17,339 nt of DNA from Promethearchaeota archaeon (GTDB lineage Archaea; Asgardarchaeota; Lokiarchaeia; Sigyniarchaeales; SOKP01). The notes under the pieces are model-generated. The model ran no database searches. It saw nothing but the letters and a program-made list of their open reading frames with translations, and was not told the origin of the DNA. The translations under genes and the position numbers were made by a program. The stretch spans positions 1 to 17,339 of the forward strand of contig SDNY01000075.1 in the NCBI GenBank assembly GCA_004524535.1. Reading direction: 5' to 3'. Below are positions 1 to 7,750 of this stretch, piece by piece. Position 1 is the first letter of the stretch. Each line of letters opens with the position of its first letter.

Positions 1-168
1 ATCGGCTACTTTATAATTTACCATTTAATTTATACACCTTTTTTTCATATTCTATTAATTAATTACTACAAATTAGTTTTAATAAAAATTTAAATATATT
101 TTTAATCAAAGTGACATTTAATGGACTTAATTTTTATTGAATAATTAATATAATTAAATGATATTAAA

Positions 169-1143
169 TTGAATAATATTAAATCGCAAAAAATTAATCG
201 TATTCTCTTAAAACAATTTAATAATAAATCAAAACCAGATATAAAAAAGATTTCCAGCGAGATTAATTTAAGTCCGCAAACTATCAAGAATAGATTAAGT
301 CGATTAAAAGAGGAAAAAATAATAAGTACTGCTACCATTAATATTAATCCTAATCCTCCCTTGAATTTGAAATATGTTTTTCTCGAAATCAAGACCAATC
401 CAAAAGAACCTCAACTTGTAAATAATCTAATTAAGATTCCGCAAATAAAAACTTTGGATGGCATTTTTGGGGAATTCTCCTTGATTGGATTATTTATTTT
501 CAGAAATCTGGAAGAATATCATGAAGTATTAAGCTCGATAGATGTTATCATGGCACAATCCTATTTTAAAAAATATCAAATAATAGAACCTATAAAAGTA
601 TTTAAGACAAATGGAATCGAATTACAAAACGCACTTATTAATCCGAAGGTAAAACTAGATTACGTTGATTATGATATCCTTTCAATTTTACAAGAAAATT
701 ACAGCTTAAAATATTTATCCACATACAAGATTAAGGCTATTTTAAATGAGAAATACAAAAGAGATCCAGAAAGAAAAGAGATTTCTCAACCCACAATATA
801 TAATCATATAAAGAAGCTCGAAAGTGAACAAATAATCCTAAATTACACTATAAATTTTAATCCTAAAAAAATTGGATTCAAAGGAAAATATATAGTTCGA
901 ATAAAACCAAAAGATCCTTCTAGGTATAATGATTTAGCCGTAAAGTTAGAAAAAAAGAAACAGATTACGGATTTGTTCAGAATTGGAGAGCAATATGGTC
1001 TATTTGCCCTTGTTCAAGTGAGGGAAATTGAAGATTATGGTAAATTTATAAGAGATTTATATGACACGGAAGAGATTGAAGATACTTTCACCAATTTTAT
1101 ATTAGATTCCTTGATTCCTTATACGAATTTTATAATTCATTAG
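169..1143 (+). CDS. Lrp/AsnC-family transcriptional regulator with two tandem wHTH+RAM modules
   Basis: TTG start. N-terminal HTH (KKISSEINLSPQTIKNRLSRLKEEKII) followed by a RAM-like domain (IKTLDGIFGEFSLIG). A second module starts at LDYVDYDILSILQEN...SQPTIYNHIKKLESEQII...ITDLFRIGEQYGLF. Confidence 0.85.
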   Translation: MNNIKSQKINRILLKQFNNKSKPDIKKISSEINLSPQTIKNRLSRLKEEKIISTATININPNPPLNLKYVFLEIKTNPKEPQLVNNLIKIPQIKTLDGIFGEFSLIGLFIFRNLEEYHEVLSSIDVIMAQSYFKKYQIIEPIKVFKTNGIELQNALINPKVKLDYVDYDILSILQENYSLKYLSTYKIKAILNEKYKRDPERKEISQPTIYNHIKKLESEQIILNYTINFNPKKIGFKGKYIVRIKPKDPSRYNDLAVKLEKKKQITDLFRIGEQYGLFALVQVREIEDYGKFIRDLYDTEEIEDTFTNFILDSLIPYTNFIIH

Positions 1144-1207
1144 GTCTAAATCTAATATCTTCATATATGAAAATGTATTTTATATTTCATTAGTTGAAAA
1201 CATTAAA

Positions 1208-1486
1208 GTGAGTAAGATAACTGAGAATTTAAAAGAAAAAATCAATATTGAGGCTTATTTTCTTTCACAAGAAGATTTACCTTACGACACTTTATGTTGG
1301 ATGCTTGCTGAAAGACAATTATATCAAAAAATCAAGAAAAAACCCCCAAAAGAGTTGATAAAGAATAAGGCGGTAGAAATATTTTTTTCTTCAGCTCCTT
1401 ACGATGTTCTCTGCTGGTTAATAGCAGAACTTAATATTTTAATTAATAAAGGGACTTTTGATGATCATTCTAAATTTTTCGGGTAA
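1208..1486 (+). CDS. Small hypothetical protein with two internal DUF2934-like helical repeats
   Basis: GTG start. Repeats KEKINIEAYFLSQEDLPYDTLCWMLAERQL and KELIKNKAVEIFFSSAPYDVLCWLIAELNI resemble the DUF2934 pattern (I..AY.....W..AE..L); the family match is by eye only. Confidence 0.7.
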   Translation: MSKITENLKEKINIEAYFLSQEDLPYDTLCWMLAERQLYQKIKKKPPKELIKNKAVEIFFSSAPYDVLCWLIAELNILINKGTFDDHSKFFG

Positions 1487-1596
1487 AGATAAAAATATTC
1501 CAAAGATTATTAGTCAATAAAAAGACTATATCTTAATTTTATCTCTTTTTATATTATATTATACGTAAAAAATTCAAATTCAATAGAAAATAAACA

Positions 1597-3669
1597 ATGA
1601 AACCTTTTTTCGAGCTTTTAGAAAAAAGAATTGCATTTTCTAGAAGTGGTCGGATTAACATAGGGAAAAAATCGAAGAAATTCATATCAACTCCAAATAT
1701 TGTAATTCCAATTAAAAATATTTTAATGAACCAATTAGATTTTATTAAAGAATTTGAAAATCACGATATTTTTTTAATTTCATCAAAAAAATACCTTAAA
1801 AAAGATATTATTCAAGACAAGTTTAGAAATAAGGGATTTGTATATGCTCATCCAGGAACGCTGGAAAAATTTCAAGAAATTATAAATAAAAAAATGAATC
1901 TCTTTTCTGAAAATAATATAATATCGCTAATTCCTTTCAATATTCCAACAAACTCTATAATTAAGGACTTTGCTTCAAAAGAGATTGAACATTATCTTAA
2001 TTCTGCTAATAAACTATTAACAAATAATCCAAATCTTAATTTCGGTTTGTCTGTAAAAATATTTGATTATCATGAGTTAATAAATCTTTATATTCCAACA
2101 ATTAAAAATAATGATAATGTTAAAATTTTAGTTTTATCTGATGTTTTTGATAATACCCTTAATTACAGAAACATAATTAAAACAATACTTCAAATTAAAC
2201 AAGAGCTTGACAATAATCTCATTTTATTTGCATCAGGAAAAATAATACCTAAATTTTATCCAATGTTGATATATTTAGGAATAGATCTTATCGATAGCTC
2301 TTATTTGTTATATTTGTCTTCTGAAAATTTTTACGACACAATAGAACACTTGCTTCCAATATATAAAATTAAATATTTACCCTGTTCATGTGTAGTTTGT
2401 AGAGGTAAAATTAAATATCTTTTAGAAGAAAAATATTCATCAGAGAAAATAAGATTACTTTGCCTACATAATCTAATTACTGCAGAAAATTATTTAAACA
2501 AAATAAAACAATATTTAAATTACGAAGATTTCCGTGCATTTGTCGAAAAATCATCATTAGACGATACAACACTAATTTCGATTTTAAAAATATTAGATAA
2601 GGAATGTTTTAAAATTCTCAGATATGAAACGCCTATAGTTCAAGAAAATAAAATAATAAAATGTCTAGGGGCATCTTCATATTATAGACCTGATTTTCAA
2701 GAATTTAGAGAGAGGATAGTCAAATATTTTTCTCCAGAACCATCGACTACATTAATTCTATTACTCCCTTGCTCTTCAAAAAAACCATATTCAGAGTCAA
2801 AGTCTCATCGACAATTCTATAAAGTAATAAGAAAATTTCCTGAATTCCCTAATTTTCAAGAAATTATTTTAACTTCTCCGTTAGGAGCAATTCCACGACA
2901 ATTAGAAAACATATATCCCGTTAATTCGTACGATATTTCAGTAACTGGCGATTGGGATAACGAAGAAATAAACATTGCTGCGGAGATGCTCGTTCAAATT
3001 TTAAAGAAATATGATAAAAATATTCCAATCATCTGTCATCTTGAAGGAGGATATTCTAAAATTGTTAAAAAAGCACAAGAAAAACTACAACATGATTTTT
3101 ATTTTTCTGAAATTCACGAGAGACCAACTTCTATTGATTCGCTCAATTCATTGGAAAATTTAATAAGTAATTATAAGGATAAATTTTCACCTAAAAATGA
3201 AATTCAAAATGGAGATTACTTACTAAAAACATGGATTCGAAAATTTGTAAAAATTTTGGATTATCAGTTCGGTTTAGGATCGGGAATGAGAATTCTTTCA
3301 AATGGATTAATTCCTAGAAGAAATAAAAAAAATACTAAGACTCAACTCATTGATCCTAAAACTAAAGAGTTATTAGGTGTTTTTAAACATACTTCAGGAC
3401 AAATCGCTTTAACAATAAAAGGAGCTATTAGAATGGCACCATTTTCTGATTCAAATGTTATTATCTTCAATAATACAAAAATTATCGGAAATACTTTATT
3501 TCGTCCTGGAATAAATGATTACAGCCTTAATTTATTACCTTCTAGTTTTGTAATTATTTTAGACAACGAGAAAAAGAATATTATAGGCCTTGGTCAATTA
3601 CTAGTTGGTTCTAATTATTTGAAAAATTCGAGAACTGGGAGGGTGGCAAGAATCTATGAAAGCAAATAA
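1597..3669 (+). CDS. arcS: Archaeosine synthase alpha subunit ArcS (TGT-paralog barrel, DUF5591-type domain, C-terminal PUA-like domain)
   Basis: N-terminal SRSGRI...TPN; LIYLGIDLID; Zn site PCSCVVC...LHN; hallmark LLPCSSKKPYSESKSH, TSPLGAIPRQLE..YP...YDI.VTGDW, DYQFG; PUA-like C-terminus. Lies directly upstream of RaSEA. Confidence 0.9.
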   Translation: MKPFFELLEKRIAFSRSGRINIGKKSKKFISTPNIVIPIKNILMNQLDFIKEFENHDIFLISSKKYLKKDIIQDKFRNKGFVYAHPGTLEKFQEIINKKMNLFSENNIISLIPFNIPTNSIIKDFASKEIEHYLNSANKLLTNNPNLNFGLSVKIFDYHELINLYIPTIKNNDNVKILVLSDVFDNTLNYRNIIKTILQIKQELDNNLILFASGKIIPKFYPMLIYLGIDLIDSSYLLYLSSENFYDTIEHLLPIYKIKYLPCSCVVCRGKIKYLLEEKYSSEKIRLLCLHNLITAENYLNKIKQYLNYEDFRAFVEKSSLDDTTLISILKILDKECFKILRYETPIVQENKIIKCLGASSYYRPDFQEFRERIVKYFSPEPSTTLILLLPCSSKKPYSESKSHRQFYKVIRKFPEFPNFQEIILTSPLGAIPRQLENIYPVNSYDISVTGDWDNEEINIAAEMLVQILKKYDKNIPIICHLEGGYSKIVKKAQEKLQHDFYFSEIHERPTSIDSLNSLENLISNYKDKFSPKNEIQNGDYLLKTWIRKFVKILDYQFGLGSGMRILSNGLIPRRNKKNTKTQLIDPKTKELLGVFKHTSGQIALTIKGAIRMAPFSDSNVIIFNNTKIIGNTLFRPGINDYSLNLLPSSFVIILDNEKKNIIGLGQLLVGSNYLKNSRTGRVARIYESK

Positions 3670-4756
3670 TATAAATAGTAAACCTAATGAAGCATTGGTG
3701 GAAAAAATAAAGAATATTAGAATGAAAAAACTTAAGAAAAAAATGAAATTTACAAAAGAACAATTGGATAAACCAGTAAGCTTTTGGATAAAAAAAGATA
3801 GACTTCTAAATGAGATCGGAAAAGATTTTACAATCATTTTAAGAACACGGGGATGTAATTGGGCATTAGGTGAAACAGGGGGGTGTTCCATGTGCGGATA
3901 TATACAAGATGCAAATATTGAAGGTGTTAACACCAATCAAATCATTAATCAATTTGATTACGCACTCCAAAACAAATTAAACGAGATTGAAAATGATGAG
4001 AATAACTATATAATAAAATTATTTAATTCAGGCAGTTTTTTTGACGAGAGTGAAGTTACTCCACAAGCTAGAACTCATATATATGAAAAAATAGCAGAAA
4101 TTAAAAAATTAAAAGAAATAGTTGTCGAATCTCGAATTGAATATATTACTTCTGAGAAACTTAGAGAAATACGGGATTCCTTAAAAAATAAATATATTGA
4201 AATTGGAATTGGTCTTGAAACTAGTGATGATTATATTAGAAATAATTACATCAATAAAGGTTTAGTATTTGAAGACTTTAAGAAATCTGTTCAACTTTGT
4301 AAAGAATATGGCATCGGAATTAAGGCATACTTATTATTTAAACCACCATTTCTTAACGAAATAGGTGCTATAGACGATTGCGAAAATTCAATAAAAACTT
4401 TAATTAATTTAAATATAAACACTATCTCAATAAATCCCTTAAATATTCAAAAAGGATCTCTTGTAGAACATTTATGGTATCAAAATAGGTATAGACCTCC
4501 TTGGTTTTATTCGCTTATAAAATGTTTAAAAAAATCAATAACTCAAAAAGATCTTGAAAATATAAGAATATTATCAGCTCCGTCAGGAGCTGGAACAAAA
4601 AGGGGTATTCATAACTGCTTAAAGAGAGAATGTAATGAAAATATGATGGAAATTCTTAGAAATTTTGTATTAAATCAAGATTTAAAGTACATAGAAAAGC
4701 AATATAATTATTGTAATTGTAAAACGAAATACCAATTAAAAAGCCAATATTGTTAA
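3656..4756 (+). CDS. raSEA: Archaeosine biosynthesis radical SAM protein RaSEA
   Basis: ILRTRGCNWALGETGGCSMCGY radical SAM motif with extended spacing; KLFNSGSFFD, VESRIEY, GLET, KAYLLFKPPFLNE, YRPPW, GTKRGIHNC. Overlaps the arcS 3' end by 14 nt. Confidence 0.9.
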   Translation: MKANNINSKPNEALVEKIKNIRMKKLKKKMKFTKEQLDKPVSFWIKKDRLLNEIGKDFTIILRTRGCNWALGETGGCSMCGYIQDANIEGVNTNQIINQFDYALQNKLNEIENDENNYIIKLFNSGSFFDESEVTPQARTHIYEKIAEIKKLKEIVVESRIEYITSEKLREIRDSLKNKYIEIGIGLETSDDYIRNNYINKGLVFEDFKKSVQLCKEYGIGIKAYLLFKPPFLNEIGAIDDCENSIKTLINLNINTISINPLNIQKGSLVEHLWYQNRYRPPWFYSLIKCLKKSITQKDLENIRILSAPSGAGTKRGIHNCLKRECNENMMEILRNFVLNQDLKYIEKQYNYCNCKTKYQLKSQYC

Positions 4757-4837
4757 AATTTAGGGAGAAAACCATTATATTTAAATAGAAACATTATTTG
4801 GTTAATTCATTACTTAGTAACTTGGTAAGGTAATAGT

Positions 4838-5083
4838 TTGAGTTGGGTTAAACTAAATCTATTTTATCTAGGAGAGTCCAAAAAGAATCAAATCTTTAGG
4901 AGTACTCATTGGAATAGGGCTAAAGATGAAAAAATTTTTAGAAAAACTGTTTATAACGAAGAATACGAGAAAATTGGATATATTAAAGAAATTTTTGGCC
5001 CTTTAAAATTACCTTTTATATCGATTAAAACCATCCCCGGTCAAGAATTTAACCCAAAAAGCAATCTTTATGTTAAAGTGTAA
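4838..5083 (+). CDS. gar1: H/ACA RNP component Gar1/Naf1 family protein
   Basis: TTG start with AAGGT upstream; VYNEEYEKIGYIKEIFGPLKLPFISIK matches the archaeal Gar1 core. Sits directly upstream of tfb, a common archaeal gene order. Confidence 0.8.
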   Translation: MSWVKLNLFYLGESKKNQIFRSTHWNRAKDEKIFRKTVYNEEYEKIGYIKEIFGPLKLPFISIKTIPGQEFNPKSNLYVKV

Positions 5084-5122
5084 TAACAATATTTCAAAAT
5101 ACTTGAAATAGAATATCAAAAA

Positions 5123-5127
5123 AGGTG
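5123..5127 (+). promoter_or_regulatory. Shine-Dalgarno-like AGGTG ahead of the putative tfb ATT start
   Basis: aaAGGTGtaaaacATT; 6-nt spacer; subset of the archaeal SD consensus GGAGGTGA. Confidence 0.6.
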
Positions 5128-5133
5128 TAAAAC

Positions 5134-6099
5134 ATTTCAAGTTGGAAAGAAGTTAAAACGTTATTTGATGAAAATGACGATGGGTTATCTGTAAAACACT
5201 GTTCAGAATGCGGGTATATCATATCTTACGATGAAAATAGAGGATTAATGGTATGTGAACAATGTGGTTTAATAAAATCAGAAAGATATATTGATCGAGG
5301 TCCAGAATGGCGGGCTTTTGATGCTGACCAAAAAAAGAAAAGAACTCGAACGGGAGCTCCAATGACATACATGATTCATGATAAAGGTCTAAGTACTATG
5401 ATTGATTGGAAAAATCGTGATATTTACGGAAAAGAAATATCCGCCAGATTAAGAGCACAGATTTATAGAATCCGAAAATGGCAGAACCGTATAAGAGTAT
5501 CTAACGCAAATGAGAGAAATTTAACGTTCGCATTAAGCGAACTAGATCGTATGGCTTCAAATTTAGACCTTCAAAAAAATTTGAGAGAATGTTCAGCAAA
5601 AATATATAGAGATGCTGTACAAGCACATCTGATTCGTGGAAGATCAATTGAGGGTGTCGCTGCGGCGAGCCTATATGCCGCTTGTCGAATGTATAAAGTA
5701 CCTCGAACATTAAATGAAATTGCGGAAGTTGCTCGGGTAAACAAAAAAGAAATTGGCAGATCATTTAGATTTATTACAAATGAATTAAATTTAAATTTAA
5801 CTCCAACGAAACCATTAGATTTCCTCATTCGGTTTATAAGTGAACTCGGCTTATCTCAACAATGCCAAAGTATATCCAAAAAAATTATAAAAATAGCAGA
5901 AATGCGTGGACTAACTTCTGGGAGAGACCCTACAGGAGTTTGTGCAGCCGCAATTTATGCGTCATCAATTTTATGTAAAGAAAGAAGAACTCAAAGAAAG
6001 ATTGCTAAGATTTCACAAGTAACAGAAGTTACTATTAGAAATCGATTTAGTGAATTAGTTGAAAATTTTGACTTAGGAATCCCATTAAAAAAAAGATAA
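5134..6099 (+). CDS. tfb: Transcription initiation factor IIB (TFB), about 321 aa, probable ATT start
   Basis: Zn ribbon CSEC...CEQC, B-reader GPEWRAF, HDKGLST, two cyclin folds ([34 protein letters not shown]). The ORF-track ATG at 5248 cuts the Zn ribbon in half. The frame is open back to TAA at 5128-5130 with no ATG/GTG/TTG, and ATT at 5134 follows AGGTG. Gene identity is secure; the start position is less certain. Confidence 0.9.
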   Translation: MSSWKEVKTLFDENDDGLSVKHCSECGYIISYDENRGLMVCEQCGLIKSERYIDRGPEWRAFDADQKKKRTRTGAPMTYMIHDKGLSTMIDWKNRDIYGKEISARLRAQIYRIRKWQNRIRVSNANERNLTFALSELDRMASNLDLQKNLRECSAKIYRDAVQAHLIRGRSIEGVAAASLYAACRMYKVPRTLNEIAEVARVNKKEIGRSFRFITNELNLNLTPTKPLDFLIRFISELGLSQQCQSISKKIIKIAEMRGLTSGRDPTGVCAAAIYASSILCKERRTQRKIAKISQVTEVTIRNRFSELVENFDLGIPLKKR

Positions 6100-6105
6100 T
6101 TTGAA

Positions 6106-6119
6106 TTTTTTTTATTTTC
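6106..6119 (+). terminator. Oligo-T archaeal terminator after tfb
   Basis: T-rich run starting 7 nt after the tfb stop codon. Confidence 0.45.
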
Positions 6120-6331
6120 TCAAATAAAATTTTATAAAATTTTAAATTACTCTCTTAGCGAAAATGAAATAATATAATGTTGTATTTGCCGGGTTACTCC
6201 ACCCATCTCATATATGCGCGAAATAACTAGGAAATTCTTTTTCTATATTATCTTCATATCATATCATTTAAAGACGATTTATTTCCAAATGAAACCTATC
6301 AAAAAAAAAAGATAGGATTTGTTGATTTAAA

Positions 6332-6658
6332 TTGGTATCTATTTTAAGTGAACAAGATGTGAATTATTTTCTAAAAGAGATAGAAAACAATTTTCCAAAT
6401 TTCGTAGCAGGTGTCATTACAGATCGACATGGATTTCCTTTAGCATCAAAAATTCCTGAAAATTTCCACATTAACGAGACAGAACTCGCTTTATCCGCAA
6501 TATCAGGTGAAAAAGATTTCATAAATGACTCTAAATTAATCAAGGTTAAAAGAAATCTAGATAAAGCAAAAAATATAAAATTACTTTTTCTGCTAAAATC
6601 TAAAGCCGAAAATTTGAAAAATCTGAAAAAGATAATTGAAAGGCAAAATTTTTTTTAG
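6332..6658 (+). CDS. Roadblock/LC7-like domain protein
   Basis: TTG start; helix followed by FVAGVITDRHGFPLAS (Roadblock beta1-beta2 xDxxGxxxAS pattern); C-terminal half short and divergent. Confidence 0.65.
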   Translation: MVSILSEQDVNYFLKEIENNFPNFVAGVITDRHGFPLASKIPENFHINETELALSAISGEKDFINDSKLIKVKRNLDKAKNIKLLFLLKSKAENLKNLKKIIERQNFF

Positions 6659-6856
6659 GAATTTTAATGAATAAAAACTTAGTAAATCAAAGTTGTTCGG
6701 GGCGTGCGCAAAAAAAACAGAAGACTTAATTTTTTAAATAATAAACATTATTTATTCTTTGTAATAATAGCTATTAAATAATAGCGTTGTAAAAGTAAAG
6801 AGTTTACTTTAAATAAATATATAGAAAGTAAATTAAAACAAGAGATTGAGAATCTT

Positions 6857-7327
6857 TTGAGTTCTTCTCGAAACGAACAAATGTTAAAGCAGATATTAAC
6901 TACAATTATTAATAGTGCGGCAGGATTAAAATATGCCATAATAATTGATGATACAGGATTAACTATTGCCTCTCAATCTAAATTTACTTTTACTGAAGAT
7001 GATCACGGTTCAGTCGAAAAAATTGGAGCTATTGGGGGAGCCGTCTTTACTGCTGGAGAAGAACAAGGACAAATCCTTGGGTATGGAGAAATAAATCTTC
7101 AAATTACTGAATATAAAAAAGGATTGATTTTTTCAATTAAACTTGATGACGGTGTTTTAGTTCTCGCAACAGATTTAAACGTCCAAGTTGGATTTATTCG
7201 CGCCCTTTTGAAGAAATGGGCCCCGCGGATCACAAAAATTTTAAATAAATACTTAGAAAGCAGCGATCAAAAAGCAATGAAAGAAGAATTAAAAGAGCTT
7301 TTTAGTACTGATTCTTTAGGATTTTAA
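6857..7327 (+). CDS. Roadblock/LC7 (MglB/LAMTOR-like) domain protein
   Basis: TTG start; LKYAIIIDDTGLTIAS, IGAIGGAVFTAGEEQGQILGYGEI, ITEYKKGLIF, GVLVLATD..VQVGFIR is the classic Roadblock layout, plus a C-terminal helical extension. Confidence 0.85.
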   Translation: MSSSRNEQMLKQILTTIINSAAGLKYAIIIDDTGLTIASQSKFTFTEDDHGSVEKIGAIGGAVFTAGEEQGQILGYGEINLQITEYKKGLIFSIKLDDGVLVLATDLNVQVGFIRALLKKWAPRITKILNKYLESSDQKAMKEELKELFSTDSLGF

Positions 7328-7395
7328 TTTATAAACTCATTTTAATATTAGATCTTTTTTAAAATAAATCTCATAGTGGTTTAAATAAATAAAAA

Positions 7396-7713
7396 GGTAA
7401 GGCATTATTGTAGCCTAAAGAGCCGAAACACACTAACACATCTTTCTCATTTATTGGGTATACCGTAAAATCAAAAAAGTTCTCTCGTGTAAGGCGTTAA
7501 TTTCATGCCTTGTTGGGTCATAACCATGTCTGCGACCTGGGTACTGGCTTCAACCTCATTGCTTTGATATTTATCGTTGCTTGGTTAAGAGCCCATTTTA
7601 TTCGCAGCTAATTGCTGATTATTAAACTCGGGATGTTCGCATTTCTTTGCACACATAATCATCGATTTTCATATGTGCCCTCGAAAATGCAGATACTCCG
7701 TCATTATTTTCCC
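7396..7713 (-). ncRNA. Candidate unclassified structured non-coding RNA (about 310 nt)
   Basis: 40% GC (120/300 over 7401-7700) versus 13% at 14941-15060; no long ORF; six or seven consecutive stems whose G-U pairs mostly favour the - strand; TTTATAA at 7743-7737 upstream; T5 at 7395-7391 downstream. Confidence 0.5.
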
Positions 7714-7750
7714 AATATAATAATAGAAAAATAAGGTTATAAAGATTTTG

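Noticed and set aside
5248-6099. ORF-track start of TFB at ATG 5248
   Set aside because: It would remove the first CxxC of the zinc ribbon.
102-6939. Minus-strand ORFs 102-398, 3601-3936, 5501-5764, 5571-5828 and 6748-6939
   Set aside because: Antisense shadows of well-supported genes, with no recognisable motifs.
7588-7704. Small selenoprotein (MTEYLHFRGHI-TGA-KSMIMC...) on the - strand
   Set aside because: Very short, no recognisable redox motif or homology, no clear SECIS; stop density is compatible with non-coding DNA.
7403-7708. CATTATT direct repeat (7403, 7702) as a target-site duplication of a MITE
   Set aside because: No terminal inverted repeats inside it, and a 7-mer AT-rich match is weak evidence.
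7396-7713. RNase P RNA, SRP RNA, group I intron or tmRNA
   Set aside because: No GAGGAAAGUCC-type CR-I/P4 pairing, no SRP helix-8 CAGG-GNRA-AGCA motif, and no convincing P7 GACU/AGUC. The NNQQLAA tag-like stretch is not followed by a stop and there are no tRNA-like ends. Resemblances are only partial; cmscan would settle it.
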